Shown in pieces: positions 1 to 12,107 of a stretch of DNA of 64,000 bases (the first letter of the stretch is position 1; every line of letters starts with the position of its first letter). The stretch comes from Antedon mediterranea (Eukaryota; Animalia; Echinodermata), in contig NC_092680.1 of assembly GCF_964355755.1 (NCBI RefSeq), positions 4,216,001 through 4,280,000 of the forward strand. Reading direction: 5' to 3'. The position numbers were made by a program, and so were the translations under genes. The notes under the pieces were generated by a model. It was not told the DNA's origin. It saw only the letters and a list, made by a program, of their open reading frames with translations, and did not search any database.

Positions 1-368
1 AGCGTGCCAGAACTTATAAAAATAAGGTGTGTGATGGTCCTGTGAAATCGTTGACTTTTGACCAGCATCCATCATATTGTGTTATGCTGTATATTCATTT
101 AAGGCTATCTATGGTTAATTGTATAAATAAAACGATAATTTGACGTCAGCAACATTACTTAAAACATGGAAAACAGGATTTTTCTTCATATACATGTATA
201 TGTATAAACAAATATCATATTAGTTTAGTTAACCTGTTAATAATAATAAGTCAAAGTCAGAAGTCAATGTCAAAATTAGCACAGATATTCATAAGTAACT
301 AAGCTGTGTAGCCTTTTATGGCATTCATCATGCGTAGACGTTTCCGATTGAACTTTGACTCTCACGAA

Positions 369-379
369 GGGAAATTCCC
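369..379. promoter_or_regulatory. NF-kB consensus site GGGAAATTCCC upstream of IL-17 copy 1
   Basis: Exact match to GGGRNNYYCC; CRE TGACGTCA at 141-148 nearby. Confidence 0.55.
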
Positions 380-929
380 TTTTAACTTCCAATGTCAAAA
401 CAGAATAAGTGTGGGTGTAATGAACCGAAAACAGTTTCCTACTTTAAAAATAACTTAATAGGCCTGAATAAAGACTTTGCTTTTATTTAAAGAAAATATA
501 AATAGAATTTTGCATAATGGCATTAATCGGATTAAGTGAGTGGAACCCAGTTTTCGACTAGCTTCAAACATTTTTTCCTATAATATTAACAATTTCATAA
601 TAATTATACAATAATTAACACTTCTATAGTCAACATAGAAAGAAATATTTTCCATTACTAAATCTGCATTTTACAGCGAATAAATCTAAAAAGATTGCAT
701 AAAAAAGCAAAAGTGTTAATATTTTATTTTCAAGAAACCTACATTATTGTATAAATACAATTATTTATATAAATAAAATATTACTCTGTATAATATATTA
801 TAAATTGTTTACTATCACTATTTTAACTATAATAAATATTAGAATTATTATAATATATGAAAATAAGTTTAGGTATGAGATTAAATTGATGAATAATGGA
901 ATGAACAAAACAAACCACCAATATTTTAA

Positions 930-1115
930 ACTACTATTACTATCACTGCCACCACCACTACCCATACCACTACTACCAACTACTACTACCACTAACACTT
1001 CCACCACAAGCACCTAAACCACAACCACTACCACTTCCACCACCACCTAAACCACCACCACTACACTGATACCACTACCACTACTACCACTACAACTACC
1101 ACCGCCACCTAAACC
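930..1115. repeat. Imperfect (ACC/ACT)n trinucleotide tract
   Basis: Visible run of accacc/actact units. Confidence 0.85.
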
Positions 1116-1616
1116 TTAACGGGACACCTCTTAAGGGAACAACAAACCTTAAAGGAACACCTCTTAAGGAGACAACTAATATATAAATCTTAAGGGGACC
1201 CCTTCTTTAAAGGGACACTGTGTTGGGTACTGAAGGTGTCCCAATAATAACGAGGAATTAATTAATCTATGCTCCTAACTAATATGATACGGTACACATA
1301 ATATATTATGATAATTATAATAATATAATATTATGTAATGTATTAGCATTCAGTCTGCTATACAAATGATCTAAAACGTAAAGAACAATAAAAATCCCTT
1401 AAACAAAAAAGTCCCTTTTAGGTAAACATCACTTTCTTTTTATTTTCTTGAATCCAATTCTGTTCCTTAGTTCCTTATTTTGTATAATACATTGAGGGCG
1501 CTGTTTATATCCTTATATAAAATATTATATTATTCAACACACAAACAAGGAAACAAATGGAAAAAAATAATACAGATGATCTCATTAGTGTAAGGTAAAT
1601 TCTAAAAATAGTTTTA

Positions 1617-1671
1617 GGGAAACCTCATTGAGTTTGTTATAAATACTAAGCGTGTCCATAGACATTCATTC
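1617..1671 (+). promoter_or_regulatory. Core promoter of IL-17 copy 1 (kB-like, TATA, Inr)
   Basis: GGGAAACCTC 1617-1626, TATAAATA 1638-1645, TCATTC with A at 1668, 30 nt after the TATA start. Confidence 0.65.
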
Positions 1672-1779
1672 AAACAGCATTCACATACAGACTTGGTATA
1701 ACAATTCTAGTCCTGAACTATAATTGAAAACATTAATTTTTATTTATTTAACTGTACAGTGAATAGGCATAGAGGCAAT

Positions 1780-2665
1780 ATGAATTCAATGGATATTCTC
1801 AAGCTGGTATTATGTACTTTGGTATTCAACATGGCAATGGTGAGCGGCAACCCGCTATCATCTAGACTAAGACGATCAATTTCTTCGACTGCGAATCAGG
1901 ACGGGCCTTACAGTACTTGTTCGAATACTACCTCATTAGAGCGAACAATGTACTATCCACAAACAACTATTATTCCTGTACATGCGTTTGATGTTAGTTT
2001 GTTGCTGCCCGGTGACTACGACACACAGAGTAGCATTCCGAATAGGGAATGCCCATACAATCAGGCACCCAGTAAGTTTTATTTTACATTATACTACCTA
2101 AACCATGGAACTATAAAATTAGATAATTTTACATCCATTCCAAAACAATGTATCCATGGAGATAGCTTGATATATCTATACATTACGAACCAGATAGAGT
2201 AAATAGTGTACTTTGGACATTTCTAGAATCGTTTAAATAATTCACTGTTCAAATAAAGTGCAGGGAACTGAATTGGTTCCGGTTAAATAATCGTGAATAT
2301 TGTAACATATTCTTATTTTTTTATTGTCTTTTTTTGCAGCTGATTACAGTCTATCTGAGTCTGGTCTGTGTCCCTTTGATTACTACGAAGACTATCAATC
2401 TGATCGTATCCCAGCCAGAATCATGAAAGCAAGATGCCGGCCATCTTGTACAACATGTATTGATCCTTTTACCAACAAACAGACGTCAGCATTGCAGTGC
2501 AAAGAAGTAACGTATACAATGACGGTAATGAAAAAGGTTGGATGTGAAGGTGATGTGTTTAAGTATGAACAATACACTGAAGAGTTTCCAGTAGCGTGTG
2601 TCTGCCAGCGAACTGTAAGACCACAACCACCTAGAAGAGATGATACTGGTCTGCCACCACTTTAG
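1780..2665 (+). CDS. IL17: Interleukin-17-family cytokine, copy 1 (exons 1780-2071, 2340-2665; 205 aa)
   Basis: Signal peptide (ILKLVLCTLVFNMAMVSG); phase-1 GT-AG intron 2072-2339 restores frame; IL-17 motifs LCPFDY..DRIP..I.KARC...C..C...C..V..PVACVC. Confidence 0.9.
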
Positions 2666-2840
2666 ATACAAAACGTCTTGTAAGTGTCCGTTCAGACGGG
2701 ACAAAAGTTGAAGCCTTGAAATTATTTCGTATTTATAATATTTATTAAATTATTGTATAGATAGAGAAAATATATTACATAATGTAGCTGCATTGTGTAG
2801 GCTCAAATTGGGTTACTGACTTTCGTGCAATATGGCAATG

Positions 2841-2844
<4 letters not shown>

Positions 2845-2875
<31 letters not shown>
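2845..2875. repeat. (TA)n microsatellite in IL-17 copy 1 3' region
   Basis: Direct observation. Confidence 0.9.
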
Positions 2876-2878
<3 letters not shown>

Positions 2879-4049
2879 TTCTATTCTTTTTTAATTGCTA
2901 AAGATTCGTTCGTTATAGAACTTTAACGTGCCTTTTATATTATCAAACACAAACATATTAATTATTGGCTATACACTGTTTGTGCTAATTTATTATTAAT
3001 GAGTTTAAATGAAATGGAAGCTTTATAAGTATTACAGAATACATGTGGTTTTAACACATGTATCATAATGTTGGATAAACTCACTGTTGTTAACAGAAAA
3101 ATGATATGTATCTACTGTGTAGAGAATACATTGAGGAGCTCGTCACGTGACGTAAGTTCCAATCTAAAGAAAACAAAAAATATAAGCTAACTTAGCCTGT
3201 GTAGGCATACATTACAGCAGTATAATAATGTACTATTTTGAATATTTGTAAATTTATATTAGGCCTACTATTATTAATTATGATATTGTATGGTGTATTC
3301 CTTTTAGACATAACTAAGATTGTATATTGTATTCCACTTAGACATAACTACAAGTGATTTTTATAGAAAATAATAATAATTATTCGTATTTGAATCCAAA
3401 AAATTAAAGATGCTATAATTAACTATACTGTATATATAACTGCTAATCACAAATGAGATTTTATAAGCAGGAAATTTAGTTATCTAGTGCTATGTCAATT
3501 AGACTGTTACAGTTGATAAGAAAGTTAATGGCTCGTATTTATTAATGCTATTGTATATTTTTGATTTTGCTTTAGAATTTTTTAATTTTATGTAGATCGG
3601 CAATGATTACAGCTTATTTTCTATTTTGTTTACCATTACTTAGAAAGTAACAAACTGTATGATAAAAGTTTGAAACAATTACTGTAAATGTCAATATGAA
3701 CATAAAACGTATTTAGGTTGTTTATGATTACTGTTTTTACCTTGAAAGAATGAAAAAAAAAACACTAGGGCCTATAGATTCACGGTTGTAATTTCCGGAT
3801 AGGCCTATTTTTAAATATTTTATAAGCCTCTTGAAAATGCATTGAATTCAAATATTCTATTTGTTTCTATTGTTATTTGCTTATACTAAGCTTGCATATG
3901 ATCGTCTATTGTTGTAGTGTTAGTTTATTATGATTATCATTCACGATTATCTTAAACATTGAATGTAGAACAATTATTCTTTATCATTTTTGCTTCAAAT
4001 AAATATCATCGTATGAATCAATACTATTGAAGTTGTTTCTTTTTTTTAA

Positions 4050-4230
4050 AGATGTATTGTCCCCCTGAAATTTTTTGTTGTTGAATAGTCATTTTAATGT
4101 CACATAGTTATTCAGTTTGACCAAAAATTGGATCGGAAAAAAACTATTAACCTTAAAAAAACTGTAATTTAAAGCAAAAAATAGTCAAATTGGCTGATAG
4201 CCAATGTGTTTTTTGGGGGGCAGTACATCT
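4050..4230. mobile_element. Kolobok-like non-autonomous element (TTAA TSD)
   Basis: ttaa|AGATGTATTGTCCCC...GGGGCAGTACATCT|ttaa. Confidence 0.7.
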
Positions 4231-5234
4231 TTAATGATTTACTTTTTAAATAACATCTACCGTAAATAACAATGCTTTTTTGTTTTTTGAAAATGACCAC
4301 GGAGAAGTGCACTGTATTGCAAAGCCTAAACATCTGTTTACATTGACTGCTTGACTTGAGTAGAATTGAATAATGTGAATACAATGATTATAAACCTTCG
4401 TTCCCACTTGGCTGCAGCAACTCAAAGTCGTAATAATCGCGCCGCAAACAATCTGACCAATCACGACACGATCACCGGAACCAGTCCCTTGTGATCGGTC
4501 AACTCACTTAAATTAATATTTTTCTTTAAAATGTATCAAACCGAATGATTGATTGAAGAGAAATATGGAATTACATTTCCACCAATTTAATTCAGTCTAT
4601 TCCGGATTTTCAAAACAAACAATAATCACACATGCTAGACCCGGGGGACTCCAACAGCGAACTCAATCGCTTTAATTTTTAGATCTCATTTGAGGGCAAA
4701 GATAAAAGTCTGTCTTGTAACTTTTATGCCATCCTTCTTCAGCTCTTCAATGCCTTTATATATTTACTTCACCTGTTATATCTTGCTCTTACATTGCTAT
4801 CATCCCCCGGACGCATTATTGTTTAATGCCCATCGGACTCGCATCGCATCCTTCCAATCTTCCGTTCACTGAAACTAATGCAATAAACACACTCTCATTT
4901 CTCAGGTGTATCTTTGGTACACGAGGACTTGCAAATTGGAGATATTAATATTAGAATACAATACTTGTACATGTGTACAGTGCAGTACAGTTTGTTTTTA
5001 GAATGGTTTCAAACTTGGCTTTATATTGGACCAGAATGTCCATCCATGAGTGGACCACGTTGGGCTCATCATGACCTCTGAATTAAACTTCAGGTAATCG
5101 ATTTCAATCTGATCTTTTATTACATAATTGACTAATGATAATAATAGTCTGAGGGAAATCTCTCAGAAATAGACACTTATTTTATCATATTCAAACAAAT
5201 TATGTTATTAACTGGTAAAAGACATAGAGTGGGC

Positions 5235-6175
5235 ATGCGTATTTTGAAGTTGCTATTATGTGCTCTCGTATTCTACGACGTGACGGTGAGTGGTAACCCC
5301 TTATCGTCCAGGCTAAGCAGAACAACTTCTTCCACTGACGGACCCTACAGTACTTGTTCGAATACATCTTCAATAGAACGAACACGTTACTATCCACAAA
5401 CAACTATTGTTGCTATCCATGCATTTGATACTAGTCTGTTACTCGATGAATCTGGCAACACAGAACATGCAATTCCTGATAAGGAATGCGCATACAATCG
5501 GGTACCAAGTAAGTATAAATGTAAAGCTCTGTCTACAATATCAAATTTTATGTGACAACAAAATATGATGTGCCCATTATATGGACATGATGATGTTATA
5601 ACACTACCATATTTAGGCATATCATTACCATATTTGGGCACATCACACTTTTTTTGTTAAACTAGTTTGATAGTGTAGACAGAGCTTTACATTACCCAAG
5701 ATAATATTTCAAATATGGTATTTTAAATATCCGGAGTCTATCGAAATACCTCACTGTTGAATAGTGTAGGAAAACAATCTTAGTTAGTTCCGGTAGAACA
5801 TCAAGTAATCACCATGTTCATATTTCATAATCATATTTTTTTGCAGCTGATTACAGTCTATCTGAGTCTGGTCTGTGTCCCTTTGATTACTACGAAGACT
5901 ATCAATCTGATCGTATCCCAGTCAAAATCATGAAAGCAAGATGCCGGCCATCTTGTACAACATGCATTGATCCTTTTACCAACAAACAGACGTCAGCATT
6001 GCAGTGCAAAGAAGTAACGTATACAATGACGGTAATGAAAAAGGTTGGATGTGAAGGTGATGTGTTTAAGTATGAACAATACACTGAAAAGATTCCAGTA
6101 GCGTGTGTGTGCCAGCGAACTGTAAGACCACAACCAAATAGACCAGATGACGGTGACTTGCAACAATTCAGTTAA
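5235..6175 (+). CDS. IL17: Interleukin-17-family cytokine, copy 2, tandem paralog of copy 1 (exons 5235-5508, 5847-6175; 200 aa)
   Basis: Same exon structure and intron phase as copy 1; signal peptide; exon 2 nearly identical to copy 1. Confidence 0.9.
5525..5686. mobile_element. MITE family A (PIF/Harbinger-like, TWA target) in IL-17 copy 2 intron
   Basis: TIR AGCTCTGTCTACACTATCAAACT; internal GATGTGCCCA and AATATGGTAGTGATATG repeats. Confidence 0.85.
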
Positions 6176-6384
6176 GAATTACAACATTTTGTCTTTCTTT
6201 CTAACAGAAAAAAAACCTGAAGCCTGAAATCATGATTGTTTATATTTAATGAGTTCTGTAAATAGTAATTGCTGATGACCTTCATGAAATACTACAATGT
6301 ATTTAAATATATTAGGCCTATCGTGGAAATACCTAGTTATTTCGGGTTGTTTTACTTTATCGTTTTGGCTTAGTGTTTTACTTA

Positions 6385-6700
6385 AAGATATAATTATTGT
6401 CACCCTAATTTTGTTTTCCAATTTTTTTGTTGAATATGCCATATTAATGTCACATAATGGTCACATATTCACTTTGACCAAAACTGGATCGAAACAAAAA
6501 TGATTTACCCGAAAAAATGTAATTTAATTGAAGCAAAAAATACTTAAATTGTCTATCAGACATTGGTTTTTGGTTAAAATTAACCGTTTCTTTGTCTTTT
6601 TATAAGTGAAATAATTTTTTTTACAGAAGTGAATAATTTTATTAAAACTGCAAACTGTTCTTTTTACAGTTCATTTCATATTATTGGGGTCATACACCTA
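6385..6700. mobile_element. Kolobok-like element in IL-17 copy 2 3'UTR region
   Basis: Body matches the 4050 and 47837 copies (ATATGCCATATTAATGTCACATAA, TTTGACCAAAA). Confidence 0.6.
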
Positions 6701-7890
6701 ATTATTTCATCTGAGGTCTATCTCAATTGAGATCAAGCCAATGATAACAGCATTGTCATGTTTTTTCAATAATGTGCTTATATGTATCTACTGTGTAGAG
6801 AATAAACAAAATAGAATAAAGGATACTTTATGTAAGTTGATTGTCTGCAAACTACAATACAACCACAATATTGACAAAGTGGCACATAACAAGTCACTCT
6901 TTCTGTTGGGTGGTAGAGCAAGTATTCTAATTTAAATGATGACAGATTAAATCATGTGATTTTGTATAATATTATCATAAAGTTAACATTGGCTTTATGA
7001 GTGAGCATGTGAACTACTCTGCATCTAACTTCATTAAGGCTATTTGAAATTTATTCAATTCAATATTTCACGTGATGAGTCATCTATGCATTATCACGTG
7101 ATGCAAAACAATTGTCTATTTTGTATTTTCATAATTTGTTTTCATTTCTTAAATAGGCCTATACATTTTCTGTTTATACTATTAATAGATATAGAAGCAT
7201 ATAGCATATTAATAGCGCTCCTTCAAATTGCATGCAACGGCCTGACCTACGCTCATTGGTCGTCTCAAATTAATCCGCCAAAATTATGTAGAGTACACTG
7301 TAATCCAGTGAAAAATGTTCGTGCATGCACACATTGATATGATGTGGTCGTCCAGGTCATTACAGATGGTTCCCATCAACCACAATCACTAATTTCAAAT
7401 TGATAAATCTATTTCATTAATAAATAATAATAATTGAAGTGTATAAAATTTGTTTTTTTTTTATATTGTTATAGGCCTGACGGGTGAAGCAAAGAGAATC
7501 TCTCCATTAAGTAAGGTATCTCCCAAATAGTATGTGTCCAGTAATAGCCAAATTCCTTAATACAGCATCTCATGTGTATCACGGGGTGGTGGCTGTATCA
7601 TGTGGAATATGATACGGCGTAACTTCTGATACAGTACTGTATCACGTACCGTATTATTCTGTACTGGGAAAATTTAAATACAGTATCGAGAACTGGCTAA
7701 GAACTGAACAAAACAATGTAATAAACTATTAGTATTTGTGACCGATCACAAAATACGGATGACAAACATTAGAGAGAAACTCAGTAGGTATACCGCCATG
7801 TGCTCAGGACGGACCTAGGACCCTAACTTGCTAAAAAAACAATGGCGAGCACAGGCGAGTCGCGCGATGTCTAACGACGACTGGCGTTTA

Positions 7891-8035
7891 AGCTTGGTTC
7901 CCACTAGGACGTAAACGCAACGTAAGCGAGTTGACCAATGACAAGCGACAGTTCGAATATGCCATCGCTTGTGATTGGTCAACTCACTTACGTTGCGTTA
8001 CGCCCTTGTGTTGCGTCTCTAGGGGGAACAAAGCA
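7891..8035. mobile_element. MITE family B (Harbinger-like, TWA target)
   Basis: TIR AGCTTGGTTCCCACTAG; whole element is a long imperfect hairpin with ACGCAA and GACCAAT motifs; TTA flanks. Confidence 0.8.
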
Positions 8036-9417
8036 TTAAAAATAAGACGAGAAACTTCTATTTGGTTATTATTGATTAAACCAACGCTTAACCAAATAAT
8101 AATGTATAGTACCTTTTCCCCTCGGTGCCCTCCCGCTAAACGTCGTTCAAAATGTTGTTTTGTTTAAACTCAACGAATCCACTAGTGTTTAAGCATTATG
8201 CAAATGTGTGGGATGGGGGGGGGGGGGGGCTGGGGTACATGCACATGTAAGACTATAATAATATAGTGATTAATTATTAAATTCTGTTTTATGAACGTAA
8301 TGGCATGTCATGTCTGAATATAATAGGCTTATAACTGTAGACAAATATATAATATAATGTCTACACTGTGTATTTAATCAATAACTACACTGTATTGTGT
8401 GTTGCTCATTGTCAATGATGTGATGGAAATATACTACATCAGTGGAAACTGTCAGAAAAGCAGAAACAAAAGCGAAAAATAAATAAAAAAACACTATACA
8501 TGAGTGCTGGTGGTTCCATTCGAAGACATTATCACGATGAAATAATGATTTCATTTTCTTATTTGATTTCAAATTATTTGATTGGAAGTCCTTTGTGTGA
8601 AATTTAATATTCAAATCCTAGTTCTTGGGTTGGGTTAGCCAATACATTACGTCACACAAATATACCGGTATGTAAGTTTCCATTCATTCAGTCTGACCAC
8701 AATGTATTTTCCCGTGGTCAGATAATAATTTAGTGTATAGTATTTTCCATGTTCGTAACAAACCGCAGGTTATTTTACAATTTACCAAAAAAAAAAAAAT
8801 GGATAAAAATACATTAAGACATTAAGATAGTATTTTCAATTAGCCTATTATGTTATCTAATCATAATGCATAGGCTACGGTTATGTAAATTATTAAATAT
8901 TGATATATATGTATATATTATTTTAAGTATAATATTATACAATAAATGTTATTATGAATAACTGTATCATTTCTGTAGCGCTTTGCTCAATGAGGTCACG
9001 GAAAGTAGTGGAAACCATTGATTAAATTATGACAGGTTCAATATAGTTATTTTCCATTACAAAACATTATTACGGTGTGTTACTGTTATTCGTCAAGGAA
9101 AAAAACAGAAATGTTGCTCAGTAGGTCACAATGGATACGGATGGCTAATCCCAAAGCCTTATCATAAGTACATCGCTCAGTCTTGTTATATTTTGCATCG
9201 TTATTCGGCGTTTCAATACAGAGTTATATAACTTTTCTTTATTGGATTTTCCCGACGTGCCACTCGAAAATTAAGAAATTCTAAGCCGATAACATGACGG
9301 GCACTCTTGAATATTACAAGGCCTATTTAATCAGCAAGTATAAGTCTATATTCTGACAATCATTTATTTCACCTCTAATGTTGATTGGTCAGTTGCCTGT
9401 CCATCTCAGCCCTCTTA

Positions 9418-9571
9418 AGCTCTACATCAAACTAGTTTGACAAAAAAAGTGTGATGTGCCCAAATATGGTAGAGGTATGCTTAAACATGGTAGTGATATG
9501 ACATCATCGTGTCCATATAGGGGCACATCCCATTGTTTTGTCACATAAAGTTTGATAATGTAGATAGAGCT
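9418..9571. mobile_element. MITE family A
   Basis: Same TIRs and body, small deletion at left end. Confidence 0.8.
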
Positions 9572-10539
9572 TTGGACGGTCAATTATTCAATCCTGTGAT
9601 GAACAAATACAATATTGAATCATAAAGCTTTACCTCATTGTGTGCAATTTGTATTATTTAATAACGATGATAGCATTTACAGATTATTATTGCCATTTAA
9701 AAAATGTTTATACATTGATTTTATATGTTGTACAAGACTGCTTCTCCTGGAGGTTTTATGAAATAAACAAAACTGTTTTTGTATTATGTACCTTTTTTTT
9801 TAAATTGTCATGGTACTGATACAAAAAGTTTAATATTTTTACTGACTTCATTATGTCTTTTATTATATTCAAATAATTTTATAATAATAATTATGGTTTT
9901 GTTTGCATTGTTTCTTAGTTGGTAGAAGCTGGTGATTAAGCACTTTACTTCAAGTGTTTCCTCTATATATACCACTGGGTTAGGCCTAACTATGTCATCA
10001 AAAAGACCTTTAAACTTTAAAATAATTACTGTAAACGTCCCCGTTCGTATTTTCACGTTCGGGAAAATACAACATACACAAGAATAAGCTTTCTATAGAA
10101 CTTCCTCACTCAGGGCTTGACAAAATTAGCCACACGCCACACTACCACGTGCAGACTTCAGTTGCGGGAAAAAGCATTTTTAACCAAAATAAAGCCTCTG
10201 TATCGCATGATTTAATAGAACAATTAATCTGAATGATATATATATATATACAGTATCAATTTAAAATGACACGAGAACAAAAAACAACCCGGAAATCATT
10301 ATAAAACTAGAAATTTGAAATGAGGTACAATATAACACCGATGTGTTCATATACTTTGAATGAATTTTTCATCTGATCAAATCGATACATAATATACAGG
10401 AAGCTAATAAAAGACCAAACTATGAAACATAAACAAAAAGATATAGCTTCCTTTGATGAAACAGAACAAGAAACATAAAACAACGTTAAAATTAAAGTTC
10501 CTTTACTTAACTTCGATAGAGAAAAAGATTAGAGAAAAT

Positions 10540-10990
10540 GATTGACTATTGAATATTAAATTAATGACTGACCGACTGAATATTAACTGACAGGCCGACT
10601 GAATATTAACTGACAGGCCGACTGAATACTAACTGACAGGCCAACTGAATATTAACTGACTGACCGACTGAATATTAACTGTCAGGCCGACTGAATATTA
10701 ACTGACTGACCGACTGAATATTAACTGACTGACCTACTGAATATTAGCTAACTGACTGACTGAATATAATTTAACTGACTGACCGACTGAATGCTAATTG
10801 ACTGACCGACTGAATATTAACTGATTGACTGAATATTTACTGACTGACCGACTGAATATTAACTGACTGACCGACTGAATATCGACCGACTGACTGGTAC
10901 ATTAATGACTAACTGGTACATTAATGACTGACTGGCCGGCTGAATATAAATTAACTGACTGACCGACTGAATAGTTGACGATTGACTGGA
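10540..10990. repeat. Minisatellite, about 23-bp unit ACTGACTGACCGACTGAATATTA
   Basis: Roughly 18-20 tandem imperfect units. Confidence 0.9.
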
Positions 10991-12107
10991 CGACAGCGCG
11001 GCTATTATTTTTAGCGTGCGCAGCAGACACTGCAGTGTTGTTCTATTATCGCGTCATAAAATCGAAGAGTTATTAAAATCGTCATTAGAAATCACTCTTG
11101 CAGTCAGTTGAGGGAGACAAACATATTTTAGTTAATGTCACGTCTAAAAGTAATTTCGATTGTACTTGCATTTTTATTAAATTTAAAATTTATTTTAAAC
11201 TGAGATAAAATTTGAATATAATGTTTTAAAGGCTTGTTGTTTTAACCTCAAAGTCAATATTAATTTCTACTTTGATAGGATGCTCTTAAGACCATCTTTA
11301 ACTTCCCTCTTCCTTGTTTCGAGTATTGATGTTAAAAGAAGTAACTAAACTGGTGATACTTAAGTCATCATGCATGGTTATGAATATCCCCAAATAACCA
11401 TTTTCTCTGAAATTTTGACTATAATTTTCGGTTGAAACTTACACTGAGAATCAATTACGATTTTGAATTTTCTAGACATTACAATGCATTCATTTATGGT
11501 AGAATACGGAAGGATTGGTGTTTTGTAATATCGATTTTTACTGTTAAACTTGAACTATTATTTTTAAAACCAATAATATATTTTTTTTTAATAATCTGTG
11601 GTCTCTAGCATACAAACCTCCTGGTTTCCTGAAACCCCATTTCATCATTTTCTTGAAACATTGTACATATTATAATTTTTATTATGACTTGATGAATAAA
11701 TGTATCATTGTATTTTTTTGGTAGTTTCCTGGAGAATTTAATTTTAATCGTATTATTAAGTATTATGCACAAACGCTTCAGTCCTAATGCAGTTCGTAAA
11801 TGAAAAGTTAAAAAGAAAAGCCTATTATTAATATTTGAAGTATTACAATATAATTCTTTTATTTCAATGTAACAATTGTATTGTTGACATATACTATACT
11901 TTTACAAGTGACATTTTGCACGACAATGTGTACAAGAAAACTGTACATCATCTCACATCATGTGGAGAAATCATGGAAGAAAAAGGTTTATGATTTAATA
12001 ATAGAACAAGAATGAAAGTGCAGTACGTAGTAGTAACCGTTCGTAAAGTAGAAAGTTTGTTAATGAGAAGGATTTTGCTTTTTGAACCATAAGCTCTGCA
12101 AAACGTA

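Noticed and set aside
798-1017. 70-71 aa ORFs on both strands
   Set aside because: Low-complexity translation of AT-rich and (ACC/ACT)n sequence
10540-10990. CRISPR-like or coding repeat
   Set aside because: Simple tandem minisatellite without spacers or ORF
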